Assembly (NCBI GenBank): GCA_002353275.1
Contig: DEJH01000041.1
Span: 34,201 to 98,200, forward strand
Source of the DNA: Bacillales bacterium UBA2753
GTDB lineage: Bacteria; Bacillota_I; Bacilli_A; RFN20; CAG-826
Direction of reading: 5' to 3'
DNA: 64,000 nucleotides
The notes beneath the pieces are model-generated. The model had not been told where the DNA came from, searched no databases, and saw only the letters and a list, made by a program, of their open reading frames with translations. Position numbers and translations under genes: made by a program. Positions within the stretch are counted from its first letter, which is position 1, and every line of letters starts with the position of its first letter. Shown in pieces: positions 49,647-59,515 of the stretch.

Positions 49647-50994
49647 AAACTTTTACAAAATCTACAGAACTGATATTAAATGGTGAATTAGGAATCATTC
49701 CATGTCTATATAAATTAACGACTGAATAATTACCATTTCTCTTCCACGAAGTAATTTTTTTGCCGTTGATGAAATCAATTGAATGTTTTAATTTATATTC
49801 ATCCAGTAACTCCATTGGGCCTAAATTATGTGTTGTGAAAATAAATTGTCCATTGGTAAAACCAATAAAATACTCAATTAGTTTGCATAAATATACATCG
49901 TGAATATTGGAATCAAACTCATCAATAAAAACAATTTCTCCATTTTCAATCGCATTTAAATATGGGAATAATGTAATCAATTTCTTTACTCCACTACTTT
50001 CAAATTCAGAAGACACTTCAATATCTTTTGCTTCGCCTTTATAAACAAGTATTTTTTTGCAGTAATATTTCTCTCTGTTTATGGTTTTATCAATTTTAAT
50101 GTCCTTTAAATCTGGCTTAAACACTTTGATAAATTGGCACACCCTCTTGATCTCTTTTTCATATTCCTTAAATTTTTTTAAATCAACTTCATCTATCTCG
50201 TTATCTATTAATACTTTTTGCGTCTTTAAATCGTTCTTTTCTTTATTCATTTGAATCTTATCTATAATTGCAATAATGCGCTCATATGACTCATAGTGTT
50301 GATCTCTTTTGTCAATATAAACATTAATACTAATAGCAAATAATAAAGTATTTAAAATCGCATAGAAAAATGATGTTTCTTTGCCTGTTAAATGTTTCTT
50401 ATAAGAAACTTCTCGCTGTGTACTATAAACAATCAATGATACTAATGCAGATGCCGATTCTAATAAGTTTTTGGTTTCTTTTTCAATGTCGTCTTTTAAA
50501 TGAATAACACGATCATTCAAGTAAACAAAATCTCCATCTTTGGTTTCAAATACTTTTTCTTCGTTATCAATATTTCCCCATGTTTGGCCTTGAACGACAC
50601 TTAATAACTCATGAATAATCATTAAGTTTTCATCTTTTAAAGAATACTCAAGAATATGATGAAAAACATCTCGCGTCCTGCCGTTTTCAATCATCGCAAA
50701 ATATAAATCTATATAAACTTTTTCGATTTGATGATTGATCAATTCTTTAAAGCCGCCAACATAACTCTCGCCTCTTAAGTAATTGGGATTTAATAATGTT
50801 CTCTTATAAATGTCTAAAGTATGTGCTATTGCGGTCTTGCCTTCGCCATTTGTGCCATAAATTGCTTTAACCATTGGTTTTTTACCATATGTGTCATCAA
50901 TCGTTTTATTTGCAAACTGTATTTCAATTGGCTCATCAAGGCACTTAACACCATATGTTTTTAAGTTAAGTAAAACAAATCTGGTATTTTCCAT
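49621..50994 (-). CDS. ABC/OLD-type AAA ATPase (AAA_15/AAA_21-like), 457 aa
   Basis: Walker A IYGTNGEGKTAI. Walker B IVFIDEFDSNIH. H-loop FTTHN. Long helical insert between. Confidence 0.75.
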   Translation of the reverse strand: MENTRFVLLNLKTYGVKCLDEPIEIQFANKTIDDTYGKKPMVKAIYGTNGEGKTAIAHTLDIYKRTLLNPNYLRGESYVGGFKELINHQIEKVYIDLYFAMIENGRTRDVFHHILEYSLKDENLMIIHELLSVVQGQTWGNIDNEEKVFETKDGDFVYLNDRVIHLKDDIEKETKNLLESASALVSLIVYSTQREVSYKKHLTGKETSFFYAILNTLLFAISINVYIDKRDQHYESYERIIAIIDKIQMNKEKNDLKTQKVLIDNEIDEVDLKKFKEYEKEIKRVCQFIKVFKPDLKDIKIDKTINREKYYCKKILVYKGEAKDIEVSSEFESSGVKKLITLFPYLNAIENGEIVFIDEFDSNIHDVYLCKLIEYFIGFTNGQFIFTTHNLGPMELLDEYKLKHSIDFINGKKITSWKRNGNYSVVNLYRHGMIPNSPFNISSVDFVKVFGGGTNNG

Positions 50995-51217
50995 AGTTAA
51001 TCACGCTCCGTATCAATATTATATTATCTTTGATTTTCATATTTCAATATAAAATATACATTTTGTATTTTTTGTATTAACAACATAAAAATTATGTGTT
51101 ATCTTTTATACATGGAATCTAAAAAGCTTCCTCAATTATAGATAATTATAGTCCTTTAACAATCATCGTTGTTGGATAAGGATTATAACAGCAACGATGA
51201 TGTGTGGAATAAATTCC

Positions 51218-51245
51218 GCCATCATATTTTGATGGCTTTTTATAT
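51218..51245 (+). terminator. intrinsic terminator/attenuator in the leader of 51276
   Basis: GCCATC-atatttt-GATGGC followed by TTTTTATATT, 30 nt before the AAGGAGGT RBS. Preceded by a 10-bp stem ATCATCGTTG...CAACGATGAT. Confidence 0.55.
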
Positions 51246-51275
51246 TCAAATAACATAGAAAGGAGGTAACTAAAC

Positions 51276-51524
51276 ATGCAACTTGATTCTGTTTTAGCCA
51301 AAAATCGTCCATCGCCATGGAACGAAGCCGACTATATTGAAGCGTACAAAAAAGTCGTCCCAAGCGCTACTCAAGACGACAATTATGATATTGCAGCTGT
51401 TATAACAAGCGGCGGTGTTAACGGACACGCACTAATGTACTACAGTTACAATAGAAGCCATGATAATCAATATCATATATGTTATCATTTTGTTTCTGAT
51501 AATGAATTAGTTTATTTCATTTAG
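51276..51524 (+). CDS. hypothetical small protein, 82 aa
   Basis: Strong RBS AAGGAGGT 7 nt upstream. No motif. Confidence 0.5.
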   Translation: MQLDSVLAKNRPSPWNEADYIEAYKKVVPSATQDDNYDIAAVITSGGVNGHALMYYSYNRSHDNQYHICYHFVSDNELVYFI

Positions 51525-51755
51525 AAAAAGAAAGCATCCATTAATCGTCCTAACACGCATGATTTATGTGATGTTTTTTTATAAACATTGTTCTAATCGT
51601 GTGCTCTACATTTTTTGTAGCTATTCGAGACAAAGCACCGATGTTATTTTTTGCGCGGTTTCATGTATTTGCAATAAATAAAATATAAAAGGGCTCTATC
51701 TACACGAAAGATCATAAAGCCAATATTTCATAAGTGTTTGTCTAATTAAAGGGCT

Positions 51756-51985
51756 TCACTTAACACCATTATATTTCTTCCTACTATATAAAGCGTATCT
51801 GAATACATATTTCCAGCTCTTAAGCCAATTTAACTTTTGAGTGTTCTTATAAGCAACATGCATATGTTTAAGTAATTTAAACTTATTATAGTTTTTACTT
51901 CCTGGATGGATAACATATGTCATTAAGACAGATTGGTTTCCATATGCCTTAATATTTCTAACCAGAAGACGTAGTCTTCATGTCT
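51756..51985 (-). pseudogene. 3' fragment of a GT2 glycosyltransferase gene, paralogous to 58745-59491, with internal frameshift
   Basis: Translates to RHEDYVFWLEILRHMETNLS*, then after a frameshift ...KLLKHMHVAYKNTQKLNWLKSWKYVFRYALYSRKKYNGVK*. The intact gene reads HEDYILWLSIL...GFNWLKSWMLVFRYALYSKKKYRDVK. About 80% nt identity. Confidence 0.65.
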
Positions 51986-52017
51986 TTACATTTAGTATTA
52001 TGAGCAATAAATAAAAA

Positions 52018-52164
52018 GGGTCAAATCAATCAACCAATAGTACCAACGCATAAAATACGTTGTACTAACTCGACCCTATAAGGGCCATTACTCCACCGAC
52101 TCTCAAGAGCCATAGGTGGGTTGACAACCGTGATCAATCACTTTAGCTACCCTTAAAAGGGTCC
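52018..52164. other. GC-rich, highly self-complementary 150-bp element of unknown nature
   Basis: GGGTCaaatc...GTACCAACG-cataaaata-CGTTGGTAC...GACCC, then CCACC-gactctcaagagccatag-GGTGG, ending AAAAGGGTCC. Far above local GC content. No ORF. Confidence 0.3.
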
Positions 52165-52341
52165 TTATATTCTTTTGAAGACAGATTATCTTGAATCATG
52201 TCCTCTTTTTTGTTTCGTATATATTTCTGGACTTTCTTTGTATCAAGACCCGCTGTTGATACGTAGAAACCTTTCGTCCAAAAATAAAATATTGTTTTTT
52301 ATAACAACCTTTATAAAAGTGGCTTGGCTCAACTCATTCAT

Positions 52342-53139
52342 TTAATACATATATTCCAAAGAAGATAATGGATCTTCCTGTTCAATTAATATCTTGTCTT
52401 TATATTTAAGTCTATATTTAGTAGGAACATTAATGTCCTCTTTGATATATCTAATCATGTTCCCTTTAGTTGGTGCTTTTAAGTTATGACCACCTAAAGA
52501 AGATATATCTAATTCAAAAATGAATTTTCCTTTTTTGATTATTATCTTATCTTCTTTTTTAGATAATATCTTTCCTCCATTATATGTACAGAAACGATAT
52601 TCATAATCTTTGCCTTTGATGAAACAAAGTAAACCAGTGAAGTTAATAAATCCTAATAATGGAATAGTTGCTATCGCTAATGTTACTGTACACTCCTCAG
52701 TTACTGAGTTATACCAGATATATTTGGTAGGGAAGGAATGACCACTATCACCTTCGATATATCCTAAAGAATTACTAAATGTGATTTTCTTATTCTTATT
52801 TAAAGCAAGCACTCCATTAACTCTATGATACATGGAATATATTTCATGTTTACATTCCATAGGAAGAATAGAGAAAGGTCCCATTACTTTCTTAGATAAT
52901 GGATGTAGTTCTCCTAATGTAAGATTTCCTTCTAATGAAATATCATCTTCATGAATATTAATACTAATAACATTATTATTTATATCTACTGATTTAGTGT
53001 CTTTAACAAAATATCCTTTAGTGGGTGTTACTAACTGCAACATATCTCCCTCGTTAGCATGAGAGACAATTAAAGCAAAAGTATATCCATCATTACTGAT
53101 AAATTTATAGTATTTACCAAAGAATCTATTTTTCTTCAT
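52342..53139 (-). CDS. hypothetical protein, 265 aa
   Basis: ORF with mixed beta-rich sequence. No motif recognised. Confidence 0.55.
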   Translation of the reverse strand: MKKNRFFGKYYKFISNDGYTFALIVSHANEGDMLQLVTPTKGYFVKDTKSVDINNNVISINIHEDDISLEGNLTLGELHPLSKKVMGPFSILPMECKHEIYSMYHRVNGVLALNKNKKITFSNSLGYIEGDSGHSFPTKYIWYNSVTEECTVTLAIATIPLLGFINFTGLLCFIKGKDYEYRFCTYNGGKILSKKEDKIIIKKGKFIFELDISSLGGHNLKAPTKGNMIRYIKEDINVPTKYRLKYKDKILIEQEDPLSSLEYMY

Positions 53140-53279
53140 GTAGTCTTGATTTTATTATACATGAATTGTCTTTCGCCGACTGTAATAATGCCTAATTTTA
53201 TTTGGCACAAATCATTCCGGCTGTAACAACCTTTGTTAATCAATGAAGAATAAATGACCTTATAATCATTAGCCAAGAA

Positions 53280-54077
53280 TTATTGTATCTTTTGAGTAAA
53301 ACATTCATTTAACAAATCATAATGAAAGACTTGATCAGCAATAATGAACGTAATAACAAAAATCAAAAGCAGCCCAATACAAGTAAATGTTAAAATTAGT
53401 TTTCCTTTTTCAGATAACAAGCGATTTTTTATCCAAAGATAGATTTTTGATTCGCTCCCATAATCAAATTCTTTAATGGCTTCAATTGGCAAATCACCTT
53501 TCCAAAACTTTAGGCTTCCTTTTTTATTGTCAAAATCTATTTCTATTTTTTGTGCGTAAAACATCATAGTGTCATCATTCATTGGCTTAATGGGCTTCAA
53601 TAAGATTCCACCATCGCTTGTTGGGATATAAATACACAGCCCTTTATCTTTGCCTGCCACGACAATGCTGTATCGTTGTTGAGGTATCTTTTTCCTTTCA
53701 TTATATTCAACGCCATTAGCTTCATATCCATCAAAAACTTTGCTGAGAGGAGTTCTGTTAAAAACTATGTTTTGCATCCACAACATATAGCTTCTTGCTC
53801 TTTGAGAAAAATAAAAATAGTCTAGGAAAAAGTAAATGATCGCCACAATATTCCCTATAATTTGAAAGATAAGTTGAAAAACATATTCGGGTTTTGCAAA
53901 AGAGAAAAGAAAATTAAATACAGTAAACTCAATTAAAAATATGGCACGGACAATTTTCTTAAAAAGAAAATAATTTTTCAACTTAGCATCTTTCATTATC
54001 CCATCAATGGCAAAAAACGCTAGTTCTTCTATGAGCGTCAGCAGAAAGAAAATTGAAGTGATAATCGTTGTGTACAT
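53280..54077 (-). CDS. hypothetical membrane protein with C-terminal PH-like region, 265 aa
   Basis: Three N-terminal TM helices and a C-terminal TM. No catalytic motif. Confidence 0.55.
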   Translation of the reverse strand: MYTTIITSIFFLLTLIEELAFFAIDGIMKDAKLKNYFLFKKIVRAIFLIEFTVFNFLFSFAKPEYVFQLIFQIIGNIVAIIYFFLDYFYFSQRARSYMLWMQNIVFNRTPLSKVFDGYEANGVEYNERKKIPQQRYSIVVAGKDKGLCIYIPTSDGGILLKPIKPMNDDTMMFYAQKIEIDFDNKKGSLKFWKGDLPIEAIKEFDYGSESKIYLWIKNRLLSEKGKLILTFTCIGLLLIFVITFIIADQVFHYDLLNECFTQKIQ

Positions 54078-54500
54078 GTGTCAGTTATCCTTTTAATAAC
54101 TCAATTATAATCTAAATCAACTTGCACTTCTCTCTTTTTGATAGATTTATAGGCATATAAGGAATAAGCATCATCATGCACGTTAAAGATATAATTATGT
54201 TGGACAAGTAATACCCGAGCAATAATGGTACTGCAATCAGTTTGCATATTTCTGCTTACGGTCTGCATATTATTTGGTCATTTATATGCAAACAATTTAT
54301 ACTCACTAAACACTTTTGCGATATTTAGTAAAACTGGTTAGTAGAAAAGTGACGTTAAATCTAAGTTATAGCGTAAACTTTTGTATTTTTTTCAAATTAT
54401 TACGCTTTAAAACCCATTTTTCGTGATTCGCATGAATAATCTAAAAAAACATAACAAAATCGCATGTTATGTATTTTTTGTAACCCCTACATTTACTACA

Positions 54501-54646
54501 TGCAGAAAAAAGAATACCAACAATTAATTAAAAACATCAAAGATAAATTAATAAAACTCCAATCATCTATATCAGTGTACGCTTTTGGTAACACAAGAGG
54601 AGGGATGGGCATTAAAAAATTAGAAGACTTAGATATATGGATTTGA
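54501..54646 (+). pseudogene. possible remnant of a minimal nucleotidyltransferase (N-terminal GS/DxD region only)
   Basis: VYAFGNTRGGMGIKKLEDLDIWI resembles the MNT motif LFGSxARGxxxxxSDIDL, but only 48 codons long. Confidence 0.25.
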
Positions 54647-54864
54647 TAACGGTTACATGAAATTATATTAATTGTATGATTGTAGTTGACAATAGGTGCC
54701 AAACATTAATAAATTATTGATACAAGAGATATCCTTTATAGGATGAAGAGGTGCCGAGTGATCGACGCCTTTTTAATTTTTATTCACCAAATTTATCATA
54801 CTATTTTGCCTAATCTATTTTCTAAATAAGCAACAAAAAGGAATAAGTCTCAGCTAAAAACAAA

Positions 54865-56355
54865 TCAGTATTTTAAAAAAATATAGTTAATAAATTCTAT
54901 TAGTGAAGTCTTTGAATCTAAACTATCATTAAACAATATGCTATCTACATCAATAGACTTCTTAAAGTTTGTTATTTTGATTAAATAATTTAACTCGTTT
55001 TGGATATATTCAACTATGCGATATTCTGAGAACAATTTAGAATGTCCTTTAATTTGATTATTATCGTTAATTTCATAAATTATTGGAAACAAGTTCACAA
55101 TATAATACATAAGCGAATAATAGAGTTTAAGGAATTTTCTTTTTCCTTCTTTTGTTTTACCGTAATATTCATCAAGATTATTCTTAAAATAATTAACAGT
55201 ATCACTCCACTGATGAATATTGGTTCTTTTGCCTGATCTAATCTTTTTACTACTATAATTAGGCGGCTCAATTCCAATATTATAATGCTCATTAAAGTAG
55301 TCACAAACAGAAACAATGAACAACGAAACGTTTGTTGAAACATTAGCACCATGTTCCAATGCTTCTTGTTTTGCCTCAGCGGTAAATATTTGTGATAAAT
55401 TATCTTTAAATGCTGAGCCTTCACGAATAATAAAGTCAGGCGTTATATCCTCAATATTTTTTTCGAATAGCCATTCCAAATCGAAGAGATGATTAGTTGA
55501 ATTAGCTTTGGTCCATACATCTTTCAAAAATGGATAATATTGTCTGAGGGTATAGGATCTTAATACCTTTGAATTAAAATACCTCATTCCATTTACAAAT
55601 ACTTTTTGTTCATTACTTAGAGACAATTTTTTGTTACTAATTTCTTTAGTTTCTGCATCTATTAAATCAGAAACTAGATTCATTTTAGAACAAACATCAT
55701 TAATGTTTTTTTCGGGCGCTTTCTCTAAGCTCTTATCTGGCAAATAAATATAAACTCTCTTGTCAAGGCTTGCTGGTTTAGAAGATATGTCATATTGAAT
55801 TAAATCAAAATGAGGAGGTGAGGCACTTATTATTGATGGATAATTCTCCTCCTTTTTTAACACAATATAAACAAACGCTGTATTTTGATTAGATTTATAC
55901 GTGTAACTTTTGTATTTTAAATAATCGCTAGCGAGATTCAATAAAACTAATTTATTCTCCATTTTATACTCAATAAATAATTGCGTTGTTTCATCGCTGC
56001 CAAAAACATTTTTTACCTGGATATAGCCATCTACATAACATTTATCCCATTGAGTAGTTCTTGTTTTTAAACTGGTTGTGCTTCTAAGGGAATCAAATTC
56101 AGACATCGTTAGTTTGTTTTTAAGTTCAATTGGAAATTCATTAACGGTCAATTGCGTTGTATATCCCTTATTTTTTAATAAACAGCTCAACATAGCCGTT
56201 GAAAATCCTGCAACCGTTCTTTCGTTTGTAAAAAATGCACGGTTATCAGTTTGATAATCAAATATTTTTTTATTTATATTAAATCTTAAAGCATATTTTT
56301 TGATGCTTTCATCTAGTTCAAAAATTATGCTATCTAAATCGGTCTTTGTTATCAT
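54865..56355 (-). CDS. hypothetical protein, 496 aa; N-terminal region has a PD-(D/E)xK-like D...EYK pattern
   Basis: VDGYIQVKNVFGSDETTQLFIEYK fits hD-x14-ExK. Remainder unrecognised. Own promoter region (660-bp gap upstream). Confidence 0.6.
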   Translation of the reverse strand: MITKTDLDSIIFELDESIKKYALRFNINKKIFDYQTDNRAFFTNERTVAGFSTAMLSCLLKNKGYTTQLTVNEFPIELKNKLTMSEFDSLRSTTSLKTRTTQWDKCYVDGYIQVKNVFGSDETTQLFIEYKMENKLVLLNLASDYLKYKSYTYKSNQNTAFVYIVLKKEENYPSIISASPPHFDLIQYDISSKPASLDKRVYIYLPDKSLEKAPEKNINDVCSKMNLVSDLIDAETKEISNKKLSLSNEQKVFVNGMRYFNSKVLRSYTLRQYYPFLKDVWTKANSTNHLFDLEWLFEKNIEDITPDFIIREGSAFKDNLSQIFTAEAKQEALEHGANVSTNVSLFIVSVCDYFNEHYNIGIEPPNYSSKKIRSGKRTNIHQWSDTVNYFKNNLDEYYGKTKEGKRKFLKLYYSLMYYIVNLFPIIYEINDNNQIKGHSKLFSEYRIVEYIQNELNYLIKITNFKKSIDVDSILFNDSLDSKTSLIEFINYIFLKY

Positions 56356-57014
56356 TGCTTATTTTCTCCTAAATGTTATCAACGAATTTATTTTCAAATA
56401 TAGCAAGGCAGCAATGCCTTACTGATATATTAAACTTAAATATAATTTAAATTCCTTATTATTAATATTGTTGCATTTAATTATGGTTATACAAGATATA
56501 TTTTAAGAAACATACTTTATATAGTATTTATAACGCTCGTCAAGAGTGCTTATGTTGACGTTTGCAATCCTAATAGAAGATATCTTAACAAGTTTTAAAA
56601 AGACTTGATGAATAGATGGACAAACAATACGCTAATCAGCAATATCTGTACAAAAATACATAGATATACCTTCAATTTTATTTAGTGTTTGATTAAATTA
56701 TTCACTATGTTTCTGAAAATCTAAATTTGCATTAACTTTTGCGTTAGTAGACGATTCACCATATAAAGGAAGTAGTTAAACATTAAGCATAGCGACTTAA
56801 TAGAGTTATACCCTTACACTATAATAGTCATTAAGATTATCTAATCCAACAACCTCATCATTTGTTGTCCCCAAAAGAGTTTGCATAAGCAAACAGATGT
56901 AAGTAATAGTCCTAGAAATAGAATAAAAATGTAGGTATTGCCAAAAGCATTATTTTTTGATTTATTAGTTCAGCAAACTGTCTTTCGTCAACTATATTAA
57001 TACAAAAAAATAAA

Positions 57015-57767
57015 CTAAAGCATTTTTATTTCATTTCTGGTGTTGTTGAGAATGATAGATATTTTAGATGTGTCGAGAATCTTAAAATTAAAAGTATCAG
57101 AACTAACATTGTACTTATAAACGACATCAGGGAAACAAATGTATATGATATCAAACATATATTTTTCTGAAACATTTAAATTATGAAAAAGTTCCTTTTC
57201 GATATAACCCTGCATCATTTGTGCCATTTCTTCTTGATAATCAACTCCCTCAGAAATAATTGCATAGTCAATATAGACACCAACAATGTTGTTAGGTAAC
57301 AGTTCGTAGTTATCATTGAGTTTGCGTATTTTTTCATTAATCTTACTTACAATCATATGAGAATTAAACTCATCGCTTGGTACAAAACCAATTTGCCCTG
57401 CAAGCACCAAATCGCCATTTGATCTTTGCAACAAAACTATTATCCCGTTTTGCACGCTTGAAATATAAAAAACAGGGACACCACTTGCATCCTGATATAC
57501 TCTGTCTTTATAGAATCCTAGGATGTTCAAAAAGCCCTCTGGAATGTCTTCTAAATTCTTGTTCATATATTTTCGTAGTAGAGAATTTAAGGTGTTCTGT
57601 GTATCAGAGGCGGCCGTAACAATTTCTAACCCAACTGAATCAGATTTGAAATCCGGACTTTCGTTTTTAATTAAACTATTAAAAGATGGGTCAAAAGTTA
57701 ACTGTATATAGTTTTTAGCAAGAAGCTCGTAAAAAGTTTTCCAATAGTCATGATGTGTTTTATCCAT
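57015..57767 (-). CDS. hypothetical protein, about 250 aa
   Basis: ORF 68 nt downstream of the TIR-like gene. Start chosen at MDKTHHDYW. No motif. Confidence 0.55.
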   Translation of the reverse strand: MDKTHHDYWKTFYELLAKNYIQLTFDPSFNSLIKNESPDFKSDSVGLEIVTAASDTQNTLNSLLRKYMNKNLEDIPEGFLNILGFYKDRVYQDASGVPVFYISSVQNGIIVLLQRSNGDLVLAGQIGFVPSDEFNSHMIVSKINEKIRKLNDNYELLPNNIVGVYIDYAIISEGVDYQEEMAQMMQGYIEKELFHNLNVSEKYMFDIIYICFPDVVYKYNVSSDTFNFKILDTSKISIILNNTRNEIKML

Positions 57768-57865
57768 GTTTTTAAACCTCTTAAATTTTTGCACCAATTG
57801 ATTATTCTTTGAAATTCCGTTAAACGCCGCTCTTTTGTACGCTTGTAGAACTTGTGAAAATAACC

Positions 57866-58693
57866 CTAAAAAATATTCAAATCAATATCAAGACCTGACG
57901 CTTTCATATTTTTTGCTATTTTTAACTGCCAAATCTCGTCATTCGTCATTCGGACATATATTACTCCGCTAATATCACCCGGCGTTTCTATATCATCGTT
58001 TTCTAAAACAGCACAAACCTTTTCTCTTCCTAGTGTGCCAATCATAAAGCCATGCTCAAAAACCACATTTTGACGAGCGCGATATTTTGCTTCATCTTGT
58101 TTATTTACTTCATAGCCAATATCACATTTTGTATACAACACAATACAAAAACAAACGTCACCAGAATAGTTCTCAATCTTCTCGATAATGGTTTTACCGC
58201 CATCCGGTTCTTTGAATAAAACAATTGGATTATACCCAAGTTTCCTAACAAGATTCTCTATCGATTCCAACCTATTGGTGTCGTGACCATGCACAATGAA
58301 AACATTTTTAGAATTATTTTTTCCAATAAATGTGTTTTTAGAAACTAATGCATTTTTCTCGCTAAGGGCTTTTTTTACGAACTCCTCAGTAACGTCCTTT
58401 GAATTTCCTCTGCCATTAATTACAGTGTCTTCAGATATACCCAAAGCGGCAATGCCAGCAGAGTAAAATCTATTTCGTATGCTATGCATTTCGTTCTCAA
58501 TTGTATCTTTTGTTTCACATATTTTAAATCTATCAATGCAGCTTTTATTAACGATATAGCCATTAACCAAAAAATCCTGTTCAGATATGTATAATTTAGT
58601 CAATTCTTCTACTTTCTCAAATGACAAATCACACAAAAAAGAGGTTGTATCCTTCTTGTGGTTGGAATGTTTAACTAAAATGTGATAATACAT
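57866..58693 (-). CDS. TIR-like nucleotide-binding domain protein (CAP12/PycTIR-type TIR_like) with unknown N-terminal domain, 275 aa
   Basis: C-terminal NVFIVHGHDTNRLESIENLVRKLGYNPIVL ... YRARQNVVFEHGFMIGTLGREKVCAVL ... PGDISGVIYV matches the TIR_like (COG4271) pattern. Confidence 0.7.
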   Translation of the reverse strand: MYYHILVKHSNHKKDTTSFLCDLSFEKVEELTKLYISEQDFLVNGYIVNKSCIDRFKICETKDTIENEMHSIRNRFYSAGIAALGISEDTVINGRGNSKDVTEEFVKKALSEKNALVSKNTFIGKNNSKNVFIVHGHDTNRLESIENLVRKLGYNPIVLFKEPDGGKTIIEKIENYSGDVCFCIVLYTKCDIGYEVNKQDEAKYRARQNVVFEHGFMIGTLGREKVCAVLENDDIETPGDISGVIYVRMTNDEIWQLKIAKNMKASGLDIDLNIF

Positions 58694-58744
58694 ATTTATT
58701 CCTCCTTAAATACAAATCGTAATCTTCAAAAAATAATACAATGT

Positions 58745-59491
58745 CTACTTAACATCCCTATATTTCTTTTTACTATATAGAGCGTATCTAAATACCAACA
58801 TCCAACTCTTCAGCCAATTAAATCCTTGTGATTCATGGTATACACGATACATCGATTTAACTAATTTAGATTTGTTAGAGTTTTTGCTATTTTGATGAAT
58901 GACATAAGTTGCTAATACTTTATGGTTACCTTTGGCAACTATTCCTCTTTTAAGAATAGATAACCACAAAATGTAGTCCTCGTGCCTATCATATGTTTCA
59001 TCAAAGAAAACATCACCAATAACTTCTCTATCATACATAGTGGTTAGACAAGATAAAGGATTACCTCTTAATGCTTTTTTATAATTAGTTTCTTCAGGTA
59101 CAAAGAAATCAGTACATGTATGTTCTGCTTGTCTTCTATATCCCGCTGAAATAAGTGGCCCATTATCTTTAATAAATTCTAATTGGCATTCTAAATAATT
59201 AGGATCTAATAAATCATCAGAATCTAAAAATGTGATATATCTGCCAGTCGCGTGTTTTAATCCGATATTTCTCGCTACTGCAGATCCACCATTTTTAGGT
59301 GTTTGAAGCACCACTATTCTTTCATCATCTTCTACTAACTCTTTTATAAATTCAAAAGACCCATCAGTAGAACAGTCATCCACAATAATCCATTCCCAAT
59401 CTTTAAATGTTTGAGAAAGGACACTATCAAAAGTAGCCTTAAAGACTCGTTTGCAGTTATAAGATGGGGTGATGATGGTGATTAAAAACAT
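58745..59491 (-). CDS. GT2-family glycosyltransferase
   Basis: ITIITPSYNCKRVFKATFDSVLSQTFKDWEWIIVDDCSTDGS and FLDSDD motifs. Confidence 0.85.
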   Translation of the reverse strand: MFLITIITPSYNCKRVFKATFDSVLSQTFKDWEWIIVDDCSTDGSFEFIKELVEDDERIVVLQTPKNGGSAVARNIGLKHATGRYITFLDSDDLLDPNYLECQLEFIKDNGPLISAGYRRQAEHTCTDFFVPEETNYKKALRGNPLSCLTTMYDREVIGDVFFDETYDRHEDYILWLSILKRGIVAKGNHKVLATYVIHQNSKNSNKSKLVKSMYRVYHESQGFNWLKSWMLVFRYALYSKKKYRDVK

Positions 59492-59515
59492 AATAATTTA
59501 TCTCTTTGTTTAAAT

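Noticed and set aside
51163-51363. 66-aa minus-strand ORF
   Set aside because: Overlaps the leader hairpins and the RBS/start of the 51276 gene on the opposite strand.
52018-52164. tmRNA, SRP RNA or RNase P RNA
   Set aside because: No tag-peptide reading frame, no tRNA-like 3' end, no SRP domain IV or RNase P conserved boxes by eye. Left as unclassified structured element.
54438-54475. Hairpin ACATAACA-aaatcgc-ATGTTATGT with flanking A/T runs as a functional terminator
   Set aside because: No convincing gene ends next to it on either strand. It sits in a decayed region next to the NTase fragment. Kept only as a note.
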